Source: Microthyrium microscopicum
Lineage: Eukaryota
Direction of reading: 5' to 3'
DNA: 64,000 nucleotides
Assembly (NCBI GenBank): GCA_010405405.1
Contig: MU004230.1
Location: forward strand, 282,627-346,626
The notes beneath the pieces are model-generated. The model worked only from the letters and a program-made list of their open reading frames with translations, was not told the origin of the DNA and searched no databases. Below are positions 38,715-52,717 of this stretch, piece after piece. Position 1 is the first letter of the stretch; every line of letters begins with the position of its first letter. The position numbers and the translations under genes are program-made.

Positions 38715-39385
38715 ACAAACCCATTGAGTTTATCTATAGCACAAGGAGCACACCGACTTTGTGGGACGCGTCGGGTAACGATAGGTACAAGTTGATATGA
38801 TCATATGCTCAAGCTCATGATCTGAGACTTCGCTTTGATTATACTTAATACCTTTATTCAGGTTTGAAGATAACTTCAAGAATTGCTAACCCATGAGCCA
38901 TATTGTCCAAATCCGCTTGCGCAATTCTCGACATTCTACGATGCGAAGCATAAGAACTATTTCTCAGCCCGTCAAGAATTTGAATTAGAAGTACGACTTC
39001 GATGCTATGCTCGAAAGATGCTATCGGAAATGCTGAAATGGCCGTGTCGCTCCATCGAACGAGGGGGTTGATAGGCATGAAATTAGAAGAGCTGTCGTTT
39101 TTTTAGCGGACTTTGAGCAAGATATGAGAAATAAGCACATAGCAAGCTTGAGGTCCATCATTAAAGATACAGACAGAGGCTCAAGGGAAAATGATGAGTG
39201 TCAGCCCCAAACAATCACGACCCTCCGCAAAAGATGTGCCCCTATTACATTTCGGCATCCCGACACCAACATCCATCCATAAATGTCCACTCTCGGCATC
39301 CCGACACCCCCATTTACATCTCCATCAAAAAGTTCAACACCACCCATTGACCTTCAACCACCGCGCTCAGCGCCCTCACACCACC

Positions 39386-39919
39386 ATGATCCAACTAAAA
39401 GTACCCTATCCCTTTTCTCCCTGCCTCATCCCCGCTAACAAACACGCCCCCAGACCCTCCTAACCTGCATCGACAACTCGGGCGCCGCAATCGTCGAATG
39501 CATAACCCTAATGAAGCGCAAAAAACCCGCCTCCATCGGCGACCGCATAGTCGTCGTCGTCCAAAAGCAACGCTCCTTTGGCGCCGAAGCCCTCGGCCGC
39601 GTAAACAACACCTCCGCCGTATCGGCCGCAAATAAAGTGCGACGGGGAGATATACGGCATGCGGTGATAGTGCGGGCGAAGAAGGAGGTTATGAGGAGGG
39701 ATGGGACGAGGGTGCGGTTTGATGATAATGCGTGTGTGTTGATTAACAAGGCGGGGGAACCGATTGGGACGCGGTTGAGCGGTAAGTGATATCGAAGAGG
39801 GGAAGAGGAGATGTGGGATAGGGATGATGAGGCTAATTGTGGGGATAGGGGTTGTTGCGAGTGATTTGAGGTATAAGGGGTGGTCGAAGATACTGTCGTT
39901 GGCGCCGGCGCATGTATAG
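39386..39919 (+). CDS. MRPL38: Mitochondrial ribosomal protein uL14m
   Basis: MIQLKTLLTCIDNSGA, RFDDNACVLIN and KILSLAP; introns 39401-39453 and ~39782-39848. Confidence 0.95.
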
Positions 39920-40629
39920 CATGGAGTCTTGATGCATTTCTGGCGTTGGGGGTGAGATTGTATGATTCTCAGCTATGGGCAAAGTGATGGGTGTTGATAG
40001 ACGTGTACAACAAATGTGCCATATCATATTGAAATCGAAATCAATGAATCAAGTCATGCTCTGAATTGAAAGTGTATTCAGTGATGCTGCTCCAGCAGCT
40101 GTTACCCTAAAAGCCATGGTATATAACAATGATATCTCTTTTTGCCATCCATTCATATCATCCAACAGCCGTCAAAAGGTAGCTCTCGCTCTGTAGAAGA
40201 CAAATAGAACAAGAGACACCAAAAAGCTTGAAAGGTGTTTACAAAATGTCCATACATGCTCTAGGAAGGCCAGAAATGCGCCATGTTACCGACATTTGAT
40301 GCTTCAAAAGAAAATGAAGGGAAAATGAAAAGAAGATGAAAAGAAGATGAAACGATACCCCAGATTTTTTTCGTGAGCAGCGCCAAATCGAATTGAGCGC
40401 CAATTATGCAGATGAGTAAAAAAGATAGAGAAATGCTACAATGAAAAGGTAAGGTTGTAAGTGATTCAAAAAAGGTATTCCTCAAAAGAGAATGCTAAAA
40501 GAAACGAAAACCACATCTTTTCCTAATCCACCAACGCCTTTCATACATGTAATATCGTGCATGTTACTTTGAAAGAGGCCCAGGCCAACAAGATTGTACG
40601 ATGAGAGCCTCCAATAGTCGTGTGTTTAC

Positions 40630-43600
40630 TCATGCCTCCACGGCAGCCTCTCTCATCGGTTTCTTTTTATCGTCCTCAATGGTAGTGTTGACAGATCTAG
40701 AGCTGACGGCAGAGGAGCTGTGTGTACGAATGCTAGGTGCTCGCCGATCATGAGCTCGTATGCTTGAATTTCGAGGCGGATGTGGTGAGAATTCACTATT
40801 GGATTGTCCGGGATTTGGAGAACCAGGAGTAGGAGTGACCGAAAAATCACCATCGGCTATCTGTTTAGCATCCTCTTTCACAGCCCCGTCATCAGCAGTT
40901 GTCATTCGGCTCAATGGGGATTTGAGATTGGGTGGATCCTTGGAACTCCCACTTCCAGTAGGGCTTGAAGTGGCAGCTTTGACTCTTTGAAGCGTTTCCT
41001 CGGGGTTTGCAGACCATTCACCACCGAATGTTACAATGCTCGCCTTCTTGCCGTGCACGGTGAACAACGGCTTATCGCGAATTAGTCCCGTTGGAGCGTC
41101 GTCATCATCTGCTTTGCTTCCTGATCCATCCTCTTTTTGTAAGTCTTTACTATTACTGCCCTTTCGGTTTCTCCGATGCTTCGAGCCAGAGTGATGACTG
41201 TGATGTTTCCTCCCACGATCCGAGGTGGCACTATTGACCTTCGGTACTTCATCATCCGCATGGGTCGCAGATTGTGGTGTTACCGGGGTTATTGGGCGCT
41301 CCGCGTCGGATTCCTGGATTTCATTCACCTCGTCTAGTTCAGACTTGGCGGCATCTTCAACATCATCATCGTCAGTAACGATGGTCTGCATCTCTGATAC
41401 TGATGAAGCTTCTGTTTGAAGGTCCAAGGATGGTCGAGGGCCTCGTGGGGTTAGGCGGGATGTATGGCTATAATTTGAAGTCAAAGACTCTCTGTGAGGA
41501 TGTAAAAAGTTGTTGGGCGACTTTTGCTGAGGCGAAGGGGTGTTGTGTATTGAGTGACTCTGTTTGGGTGCTTGCGTCGAAGTTTCAGGGGTTGAAGGTC
41601 TATTTGCAGATTCGGGAGGGGTGTGAAAGTCTTCCGCTTCATCAGCTGTGCTATCAGCATTAGAAAAAGCATTGGATTCCTGTGAAGCGGTTGGTGCGTG
41701 TGAGGATACTTTTGCGGGAGCAGCTGAATTTGAAAATGTCCCGTTGGTCGTTGCGCTGTTTGTTGAGGTCGAGCGGTCGAGACCGTTAGGCTTCAAAGTG
41801 TTACTGGCTGAGTTTTGTCCTTTGATGTCTGGCCTTTGCTGAGCTTGGCGGCGATCCTCCTCTCGTTGTTCTTCGTCTAAATCCATGGACAAGATATCAC
41901 GATGACACTTTAATCGCCAATACTCCACCCGCTGTTGTTTCAATCTTTCGCGACACCGATCTGCGGCATGTACTAAGATATCCCGGGTTTTTTGTTGAAT
42001 TGGGGCCATGAGCAACAAATGTCTTGCATCTCTAAGCTCATTCTCAACGTGTTTGGTAGTGACTACAAGTTTTTCGTCAATCCCTTGCATTTTTGTTTGA
42101 ACCGCATTTTTCCGAGCTTCGCTCATCTGTTGGACCAATTTTGGATCAATCGATCCTCTTTGAATCGTCACTTCCCCAGTGGGAGTTTGAACGACTTGTG
42201 ATGAGGTTGAGTTCTCGTGTCGTCTTATAGCTCTCTGACGCTGGCCATTGTATTGCCCACCTATAGGTCCGCGTTGAGAAATGCCAGCAGCTTTGCATGC
42301 CGCTTGGTTGTTTAGTTTTGCTAGCCAGTCGTCCAGATCCGAATCACTATCCGCTAGGAATACCTCCTCAAAGCCGTTATGGCCAAAAAAGCAGAAAGCA
42401 TTCTTGTGTCGTTTGTACGTTTCGTCCTGTAGAGCAACTGCGTGATCCGTTGGGAGTGTATAATCAGGTTTGAATGAAGCTATTGGTGGCTTGAAGAGAC
42501 AGGACGTTCCAGCTCCGCCATGTTTGATATGGCTTTCATATTGGTGAATATAGTTTTTGACCCATCCAGAATTCTTGTAGAAATAGAGACCAACCCCAGT
42601 AAGGATGACCCCCCATTCCTGCCAAGGTGACCGGGCAGTCTTCTTTTTAGGATCCTTCCTCCACAATAAGCCCACCTTGTCGATAGGCAGATCGACAAGG
42701 CCGACTTTGGCTTCCGTTGGATTTTCGATTCCTGATCGTGACATGAATGCATCTGGCCTAGAACGCGAGGATTCAATCTGAATCACTCCAATCTTTGAAT
42801 TTCGGAGAACTCGACGATCAAAGAGCGGCAAGGATCCGAGATAAGTGTATGGGTCCTCTAGATTCATGCCTTCTCGTAGAGGTGGTCGCAACGTGTCTAG
42901 CCTTGACTCGAATATGAGAGTGTATGGATCTAGGGGCTGTTTGTGAGGCTTCTTGGTCGGATCTGACGGTACGTTTTTGATGGCTGCTTTGGCTGCTTTT
43001 GCTGCTTTCAGGGTTTTCCTATCTTTTCTTCTCCGCATCGTCATAACATCCTGATCTTCTTCAACACGGATGAATGGTGTGTAGATTATATTGTCATAGA
43101 AACATTCCAGAACGTCATTCGATATGCCTTCAATCGAGGTGTTCTTGACGTAACCTGGTTTTGTCATTTTCCGCTTATTGTTTTGGTTGAAAAAGTCCGT
43201 TTGTAGCATGAGGATCGAGAATGCAATAAAATAAGCGTCGCCTATAGAAGATTAGTGACCATTGCGGAACATATCACACGTACATACTAGCGGAGTTGAA
43301 AATTCCCGGATTACACTCATGATATCTATCAGCAAAGCTTTGCATAACTCGATCAATCTGCTGGGTTTCTTTTGGCAAATCAATTTCCATCAATAGTTTT
43401 CTAATGGCCATGTCCAATGGATCTCCAAAAAAGACGAATTTTCGCATGAAGCTGCGCATGACTGCCAATCGAAATTCGTCGCCACTTTTGGACAGCACAC
43501 AAGGTATCTGACTTCGTGGAGCCATATCCTCGACGCGCTCTAGATATTGGATCGCAGTCTCTCCCTCTTCTCGCTCAGGTAACGCTATGGAATCCCGGGT

Positions 43601-45032
43601 TATGGTTAGAGAGTTTGAAAGCGATGCATTGCCAGATGGACCGATAGTGACATTGGTTGATGAACCGTGGCGTGGACTCATATCATTCTGGCGGAATCTG
43701 TGGCTTAGGCCAAACAGATTGCTCAGACTACTTCGCCCAGCGGTTGAAGTTGAATTTCTACCACTTCCACCACTCATGAATGGTGGCGTTGGAGGCGTGT
43801 CTTCTGACTGTCCACTGGTGGATCCAAATGTCGACGACCTATGTCGACGGTTTCCTTCCGGTGGCGCAAGAGCAGGAGAAGATTTCGTGGACCGATCAGA
43901 TGTGATAGAGCTGGAACGTAGTAAGGCGGGATGTGGAGCGAACGTTATAGATGCAACAGTCGAAGGCGTTCCAGTCCCTGGATGAGAAACAGTGGCGCCA
44001 CGTACTGATCGCGACGAATCGTACTTTAGAGTACCAGGACGCGAATGACTTTCTGAATGCACAGCACTAGTTGATGGGCGGGGACTGGCGGAAGCGGTTG
44101 GAGGTGCAGTATGAGGCTTGGATGGGTCACGATCAACAAGTATAGGAAAAAGCGATTTGCGATTTCTTGGCTTTCGGGAAAGCCAAGAGGGAAACTGTCC
44201 TGAAGGACGGCCATTCTCCGAAGAGTTGTCCATGTGCGACAAGTCTTCTATGGATGAGTCCATATTTGGATCAGGCGATGAAAAAGATTCGCGCCCTGGC
44301 ACCGCGAGCCCAGAACGCTGAGATGACTCGGATGGTCGATTCTGCTGCTGGGATTCGAGTCTGGTACCAGCTAACTTTCCAAGCTCACTTATCGGGTCGC
44401 GGGAAGATCTTATGCTTGGGAACTTGCGTCTCTTCTTCTCAGTGTTGGGCACCCTATCAATCTGCTCGCTCCTACGCGGAGGTGGAGTACTCTCATCGCT
44501 AGAAGGTCGAAATCGTCCGAAAGTCAAAAGTTTAGATCGTTTTCGCGCCAAGGTAGGTCGATTAGTTTCGGGCTCTAAGGTTGGGGCAGTGGTAATGATC
44601 GAGGGAGCTAGACATGATATATCAGTATGACAACTCGAAAAAGCAAAGCTTGCTATCTTTCGACTAACCAGGCGGAAGTGCTGGCACAGGGGGAATTTCC
44701 TGGTCTAGATCTCTGGCCCGCGAAGCAAGATGGGTATCTGAGGAGTGTTGTCTAAACTTTAATCGGGAGAGTCTTGAAGAGGTAGGTCGAGTAGGAGAAG
44801 GATCGCGCGAGGAGTTGCGAAAGTCGGTAAAGCGAGAGGGCGATAGGAGGCTCGATGTCTTGGGACGAGGAGAATCGATTGAAGTAGCGCGTCTCGAGAG
44901 GGATGGAGAGAGATCGGAAGAACCATCGGGGCGAGGGATTTGGTCACTATGGCGCGGCGATTCTGATGCTACTGTGGTAGCTCTCCCGCTGGCCTTGCCG
45001 CCCCGGTTCCAGAGAAGGCCTTTGGCGGGCAT
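40630..45032 (-). CDS. Sec7-domain Arf GEF with PH domain (Syt1/Sec73-like)
   Basis: Sec7 motifs LPKETQQIDR and AFSILMLQTD; PH-like WQEWGVILT...DWLAKLN; introns near 44668-44609 and 43286-43243. Confidence 0.9.
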
Positions 45033-46892
45033 TCCTGTAGACTGAAGAAATCATCTACACTGGATGCGGCGCATTGCGAAAAGAACAGTGCTAAGAGGCA
45101 GTGTGATCAAGAGCGACGGGTATAGGACATGTAAAAGGATGATTTGGGTACAAAAGGAGGTAGGTGGTTTGCTTGCGGTCTCGTTGCTTGCTTGTTCTGG
45201 TGGTAGGGCTCAGGAGCTGATACAAGTACAAGAAGAGCACAGACACGAGCGAAAGGTAGCGAGAGGCGCAGAGGTGGGTGGCTAGTGAGCCATGCGGTAT
45301 GGAACTGATCGATGTCCGGAGAAGAGAAGAATAATTTTTCGCAAGTATATTCCTCTCGCGATGAGAGGAGATTGAAAGGTTTGTGGTGATAGTAGTGGGC
45401 TGGGTGTGGACTAGCGTCGTGGAAATTGAGGATAGAAGTAGCCAAGCCAAGTCCAAGTTCAAGTGGGAGGTTGGCTTGGTTGGCAGAGGAAGGAGCGTCT
45501 GCTCTTACTGCTGTTCTGGGCAGGAGCAAGCCAACACAAGCAAGGAAGGTGCGACTTTGGGATTCTCAGTCGGTCTTTCCTTGTCATTTGTGCTGCCATT
45601 GCTTGCCTTTCCAGCCAGTTATTAGACAGCATTTATGCATCCCCAGATACGTACTGAACTGAGTAAATGTACCAAACTATAAGGTACCTAGGTACTCCAA
45701 ACGAACAATGACCAACCACCGCCTCTCTGAATCAATTACATCTTGATCAATATCTTCACTCGTCCCATCCATGTTTGAGTGAAATGACCCGATATCCCAA
45801 ATCTAATAGGTATCATCAACAAACAACCGCGACCACTTTGATTCAATCTCACGTCTGTACGCGAGTCTTCCGTTTTCCACTTCTTCTCGACGTATTATCT
45901 GCATGGGCACCTGATACGTCACATACTATTTGGTACCTCTGAGGCTTGCATCTGAAACGACCAAATCCAGCACCATGAACCAAAAATTGTCACGAACCAA
46001 ACCCAATTCAAAATCGTGGTTCGTAATCCTTTCAGAATAGATTCGCTTATCCTGACTCAATTCTTACCTCGTGCGACACGACCAACCACAAAATCATCAG
46101 CTTCTCTTCCATGTCACGTCAGGCATGAGCTGCTGGCAATAGCTTACTACTCTTATGCCTCGACCCAGCATCCTTTTGCAGATTTTGCATTAGATACGCT
46201 TGACTTTTTTCTCAAGTTATCTCTAACTTTCCGAGGGACGAAAGGTCATTACCTGTATTGATGACGGCTTCGAAACGACAGGCTCCGTGACGTGTCTCAC
46301 GCAGTCCACTCTACGAAGCTATTGTCTTCACACACGCTTTTTCGTCCCGGTGCATGTCGAACTCGATTGTCCGCAATTTAAACTTATTTGTATGCAATAC
46401 TCACGCTTCCAGATAGATATGCCGGAAAAATGAAGGACCCATTCTGCATCATTGTTGGAGCTGATTTGGCCTCGAGAACAAAAGACTAGAGTATTTATCA
46501 AGCGATACGACTCGTCTTTGGGTTTCCAACATCTTTCATGCTCAACGGGATTCCAGCTCTTCAAGGTAAAGGGGCAACTTTAACTTCGTACAATGTGGTA
46601 GAGCGCAGGTAAGCTCTTTCTAAACTAGTAAACGACTGTGGACGAGCACGATGACCGACTTGAAATAAAAAGAAAGGCAGTCATACGCTACCCAGTGGCT
46701 TTTTACACATACGGCACCAATAATTATATTGCAAGGCATCATGAGTATACTTCCGGACAGCAAACCTCACAGCGTATGTCAAAAGCAGAACATCGTACGA
46801 TACGTAGTAGGTACAGAGCATATCTCTTGATTTGATGGGATTGTAGACTTTGCCCTTGATTAGAGCATGTAATGAGTCCGTCCCTCCCTCCA

Positions 46893-48990
46893 TCATCGAT
46901 AGGAAGACCAATCTATCTCATGAGTAACTTGGTGTCTGGGAACTTTTGATTCGTGGAGGTCACATATGCCCCATTGCTTCAGCATCTGTCCCAAAGTATC
47001 AGAAAAGAAATCATTGCGAGCCTGGTGGACGCGGGGCGTAGAAGGAAGGTCCGTTTCATCGTCTCCGACTGAGATGCAGTCTTCCATAAAAAATTCCCCC
47101 AGCTCTAAATCGACCAGCATGTGAATATCTTCAATGCGATCTTCCAGCTCCCACCCTGACCAAAGCTTACCGGGGATTGAGTCTGCGCTTCCAAAGTCGA
47201 AAAGATCTACATCTTTTGTCAAGTTGGTGATCACTTTGCCCTTGCCATTAATGTGCATTTCAAGCACTTGCTGTTGCTTACAAGCTAGTTCGTCGAGAAT
47301 GACTAGTTTCGTTCTAGGCTGTTGATCGAGGGTCCAATTGTGCGTAGTGTCATCCCAGTAACTAAGACCAGCGAATTTGACCCAGCTTTCACGGTTGTGA
47401 AGCGTGTCTTGGAAATTTGCGACACCTGCTAAAGCTTCCATGATGTAGCGCGGAGGAGTGGTAAGACTTTCGAGGTAATCGTGATCGCGAGTCTCGGTTG
47501 CACTTGCTTCGAATCTAGTAGCGTCGTCTAGCAGCTCTGCTTCAAGTATGGCGACAGAGCTCAATTCATCCTTAATGGATTCCATGAACTGGCTCACACT
47601 TTTGTCCGATGCCGCTTTTGACGCCTTAGTACCATCGCCATACCAAGTGCGAACAAAGCGGATGCACCATAAGCCATGTCTCATCTCTTGAGCCTGCTTG
47701 GCCATGTCTTGTGGGATCCATGACACCGCTTTTCATTCCCCGTAGGTCAACTGATGTCGAAAAGACTCTCGCCGAAGTTCAAAGCCGCCGGTAATCCATT
47801 GCTCCAACAACTGATCTCGCAGCTTAGCATTGAATTGGTTGTAGCTGCGTCGGAGTGAAGATATTTCTTGAAAAACCTATAAGTACCAAGGCGCAGCCGT
47901 GTATAAGGATTGTAAGGCGATTCGAGATGTCGGAGACGGATCTTCCAACATATAGTCAAGTATTATAGTCTGAATCTCAGGTGGCAGTTGCTCCAATGAA
48001 CTATTACGTCTCGCTCTTAAAGACTGCACAGACTCTCCATTTCTCAGCTCCAGAGAGCGAAGGTTCTTCAAACCCCGGCCTTGTGGTCTGGCAGCCATGA
48101 AGGCCTGGTGTACGAAATGATCGAATGGAAAGAAACCAAATGGTTGTTGTCCCTTTGTCACTCGTTCAAGGCGTCGTTTCTGTTTTTGGGTGGGGTATTT
48201 CCAACTATTTGTGCCTTTGCACAAATAGTTGCACAGTCGAAATTTTCGAAGTATTATTTCAACCGCTGGGTCGCCTACAATTCGTCAGTGTGGGGCTTCG
48301 ATGGCGAGTTGCTAGACCCGGGCTCGAGGGACTAGAATTGTCAGGTTGATGATGGGAGAACTTACAGGCCCATCCGCGCATTCGGACATCAATAGATTTG
48401 TCATCTGTTGGTAGATAGTAGCGTTCCTGATAAATTTCATCGTTTAGCTTAGACCAATCGTACTCCTCGTACTCAGTCTGATCATAGCCAGGATTCATCG
48501 CTTGAACCTTTGGATATGCTAGTGGGTGATCGCTCCGATGGTTCACTGGGCAAGCCCCGGGTGTGTGGTCCAAACCTTCAGTGGGCACAAATCCATATTC
48601 GCAAAGACTCGACTGTCGACCTCGCCAGTGATCAAAACCACATGTTTCACAGTTAGGCTTGTTGCAATCCAACTTTGGGCTTACAAAGTCGGCGATATAA
48701 TTGCGCCAAAGTGAGATATGAGCCGCCTGCTTCAAAAGTGTCTGTTTTAACTTTGGCGGCTTGCGCTTTGTCGCTATTGGCTTTTTTGAATCTCTTTTGG
48801 ATGAATGTCCTTTCTTGACTGAACGTCCTTTCTTGATCCCGATTCGAACAAAGCCATATCCGTAGAGTTTGGTTTGCTTGAGGCGCGAATGTTCTGCGCG
48901 TCGCGACTTGAAAGCGGTTGGAATACTCTCGAGTAATAGTCCTGGTCGCACGATGAAAGGTGCCACGGCAGGATCCATGTAATAAGCCAT
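46893..48990 (-). pseudogene. Probable pseudogene: orphan with F-box-like motif interrupted by two in-frame stops
   Basis: Intron 48365-48275 joins the ORFs in frame; LEQLPPEIQTIILDY is F-box-like; TAG at 47877-47879 and TGA at 47733-47735 interrupt an otherwise continuous frame. Confidence 0.6.
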
Positions 48991-50017
48991 CTGCTCCGGC
49001 GGAATGAGGAGGAGTAACAGAGTCTATCAATTGTGAGAGTAAAGTGTTCGAAAGAGAGTTGCAAGGTGGAAGAGTATTTGCTAAATAGAAGAGCTGCAGC
49101 TTGTACACGCGAGAAAATTGGGCTGGCAGTGAAGTTGCAAATTGCGGGTGAAGCCATCAAGCCCGAGCAAGAAGGCATTGAGGTTGCGGAGCCAACCTAG
49201 CAACTACCGTACGATCACCTCAAAGATAAATCATGCCGGAGACTCTTTGATACTCAGAATTGCACCTCGGTGTAGGCATCCACCTCCTTGAAGCCGTTCA
49301 CTACGATCCATTACCGTGCGCCTTGCAAATTCTGCTTACCCAATATATAGAGAAATGAAGAGTCTGTACTCTGTAGAATGTAAAGTGGTAATCGGTGGCG
49401 TCAACTATCATTACCAAGTAGGTAGTCTCCATTGAATATAGAGTGATTACTTTACTCAGTTCTAATGAAGATAGATATCTACATGAAGTACATGCTACAC
49501 TATTCTGTAGCATTACTCGTTTAGCTTGTAAGAGAGATAAACATGAGCTTAAAGCTTTGGCGGCCAAGACAATTCGTAGGCGCTGATTCCGTCTGATAGT
49601 GAGCTACGGAGTACGGATACTGTAGATCCTCAAGCCTCGATAAGCCGTGCGATCAGGCGATATAAATGGTTAAGTACTGTTGGAGATAGGTACCTCAATG
49701 AGACTAATATCTTGGAAGCAGGAATGAAGTTGGAGTTGGCATAAAGCTCAGGGGAGATGTGCGTGGCTGTGCATGGCTAGCGCTTCGCCACGTTTCAACT
49801 CAAAAGGGGAAGGCGCAAGCGTGGCAAGCTAGTAGCTCAGCGTGCCAGCCAGCCAGCTTCCAAGCTTTCTGGACGTCTATCGTGCCTTCTATATGTGGGA
49901 GCCTACGATTCTCACAACTACAGTCTCTCCTTTAGACCACATCTCTTGAACCATGACTTGACGCGCAATTCTTCTTGTCGAGTGTATGATTCTGCCTAGT
50001 TTCTAATATCTCCCAAT

Positions 50018-51711
50018 ATGCTCCGGCTGTCTACTGTACTCTCACTCATCCTCCTCTCCCCCGCTCTGGTCATTGCCCATCCGGCAACGCCAACACATAC
50101 CCCATCATGGCGCAAACTCACTGATTCCATAATATCCAGAATTTGGCCTGCCCCAGATACCCCAACGACACACCAATCGAGTCATAGCAGTGTCAAACAG
50201 ACTTCTTTGCCTGCTGCCTTAGCGGCACGCGACATAGTTTTGCGCTTCAACCTGACCTCATTCGACCAAGCGCTGGCCATTAAAGAAGCTGCCGATGATC
50301 TATTCCTTGATATCTGGGAGTTTACAGACAATTGGGTCGATATCCGCGTTGCCAAAGACGTGGTAATTACCCAGTCCCACGTCCCGTTGTTTTAGTGTCC
50401 CATTAACTGACCCGCTTGCGCTAGGTCCCTTCGCTCATTAACCTTCTTCCTTCATCTCTCAGCAAAGCATATGCTCCATTAATACCCGAGTCTGTACTCA
50501 CGTCCTTGATAACCTCTTCATACCCGTATTCAACACCTGGCTCCTTTAGCCCTTCACTTCGAACTCATACCCGAGAACTCTTTTTTGCCGACTATCAGCC
50601 TATTTCAGTTATATACCCATGGCTACGTCTTCTTGCCAGCCTATTTTCTACTCATGTCCAAGTTATCACTGTCGGGAAAAGTTTCGAAGGTCGAGATATT
50701 CTCGGCCTACGCATAGGCACCAGGCCAAAAAACAATGACCAACCAATCCGTCCTAAGAAGACTATTTTAGTTACTGGAGGCTCACACGCTCGGGAATGGA
50801 TATCGACTAGCTCTGTCAACTATCTTGCTTACACGCTGGCAACTTCATATGGCAAAGAGCATATTTACACGTCCATGGTAGACGCCTTTGACTGGATCTT
50901 CATCCCAGTCGCCAATCCAGACGGGTACGAATACACGTGGACCACTGATCGTTTATGGCGCAAAAATCGGCAACCAACACCATTGCGCTTCTGCAAAGGC
51001 ATTGATCTAGATCGTAGCTATGCCTTCAAATTTGACCAAGGCAGTGCTGGCAATCCCTGCAGCGAAAGCTATGCCGGTCAAGGTGCATGGGAAGCAACCG
51101 AGTCGGTCCAGATACGTGACTGGGCTCGCAATCGGACTGCTAGTGGCGCCGAGTTTGTCGCATACTTGGACCTTCATTCGTACTCGCAACAAGTATTATA
51201 CCCATACTCGTATTCCTGTGACGTCGATCCTCCAACGCTCGAAAACCTTGAAGAACTCGCGTTTGGTTTGGTCAAAGCCATGTACCACTCATCTCATGGA
51301 AGTACATATCGACCCGCCGCAGCCTGTGAAGGCAATGTTGCAATGGACGCACACGGCAAAGTCTCACGCATGCCACGACTAGAGGCAGGTGGTGGCAGCG
51401 CACTGGACTGGTTCTACGAGGAAATGAAGATTCGGTATTCATATCAGATCAAGCTAAGAGATACTGGCAGTTATGGTTTCTTACTGCCAAAAGATCAGAT
51501 CATTCCAACTGGCAAGGAAGTCGTAGCAGCTGCAACATATCTCGGCCGCTTTCTACTAGGCGAAATCGGCTTTTCGGAGGAAGATATAGGTGGCGCATCG
51601 TCATTATTCCGCAAACCTCAACATTCAGAGAGCTCAGCGGCCACTGGCGATGAATCTGCGGAAGAAGCTCCTGCAATGTTGACGCAGTTTGAGTTACGAA
51701 GAAAACGATGA
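50018..51711 (+). CDS. ECM14: M14 metallocarboxypeptidase-like pseudopeptidase Ecm14
   Basis: Signal and propeptide; HAREW, WRKNR and DLHSYSQ; YQIKLRD has Lys at the catalytic Glu position; intron 50363-50424. Confidence 0.92.
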
Positions 51712-51949
51712 TGACAAGTCGAGATTGTTCAAATCTCACTTGGGGAGGATTGACTGATTCAGGCGTTTTGACAGCGTGACAGGTATTGCACGGGATGGCG
51801 GAAGGACTGCATTTGGTTGTATTGCATAGGAAGCATTCTTGCTCCGCCTTCACTTTCTATGAATTATTGGATTGTACATACTAGGTAGAATATACCTTTT
51901 CTCAACCATTTAGATCATCACCAAACTTCTCCGTCGCTTGCTTATCGTT

Positions 51950-52717
51950 TTACTCCCCAGTCCAGAGCTCGCTTACGTTAGACAGAACAGGCTCGTAGTC
52001 ATCCCTTTGAGCAGCTTCTACACGACGCCTACTTCCAATACCTGCCGACGCTCTCTCTTCCTGACTACTACGGCTGAGATATTGAGTATGCAGGTTTGGC
52101 AGATATTGTACGGTAGCTGTACAATAGTCCATCATCCAGCCATCAGTTGGTCGTCGAGTAAACCTCTCTCCCGGTTCTGATTCACGAGCTGTATTGACAC
52201 TATCAAATATCGCTTGCCGCCAGCTCTGTCGTGCTTCGTCCTCTGTTCCATCTACAACACACGACTCCATGGTCCTCAGGAACTTCCTGTCCTCGCCAGC
52301 TCTACGAGACACAACTTCCAAAAGCTGCAAGTCGACTACGTGAGCAAGTCTTATCCCATACAAACCCCAGAGCGCAGCAGCTTTGTCGCGCACGTCCCAG
52401 AAGCACTTTACTGGTCGTGGGTTCTCCAGGATGTTCCTGAGTGTTGTGCCATCGCTCGCAGGCGTTGTGAAGGCTGCGTTTCCAAGAGCTTGGATGTCGA
52501 TGATACGTACCGTTCTCATGAACCTCATCGATATTTGCCAATCAGTCAGTATGGTAACGTATTCTATCGTACCATTGCGACCAAGATTTCGTCCTTTGAT
52601 GTCCAAGTAAATGTGGGACTTGGAGGAGATTGTTAGGAGAAGCTCTTGAAGGTCAGAAATAGTGGTTACTACGTCTGTTGTGATACCAATGTCATGCCCA
52701 TGAAGGTTTCCGCTCAT
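51950..52717 (-). CDS. DEDDy 3'-5' exonuclease-domain protein (EXD1-like), degenerate active site
   Basis: IYLDIKGRNLGRNGTI, CFWDVR, VVDLQLLE, RRPT and MDYCTATVQYL follow the EXD1-like fungal pattern. Confidence 0.75.
   Translation of the reverse strand: MSGNLHGHDIGITTDVVTTISDLQELLLTISSKSHIYLDIKGRNLGRNGTIEYVTILTDWQISMRFMRTVRIIDIQALGNAAFTTPASDGTTLRNILENPRPVKCFWDVRDKAAALWGLYGIRLAHVVDLQLLEVVSRRAGEDRKFLRTMESCVVDGTEDEARQSWRQAIFDSVNTARESEPGERFTRRPTDGWMMDYCTATVQYLPNLHTQYLSRSSQEERASAGIGSRRRVEAAQRDDYEPVLSNVSELWTGE

Noticed and set aside
51440..51465. Glu-to-Lys change in the carboxypeptidase active site as a novelty
   Set aside because: This is the known hallmark of the Ecm14 pseudopeptidase family.
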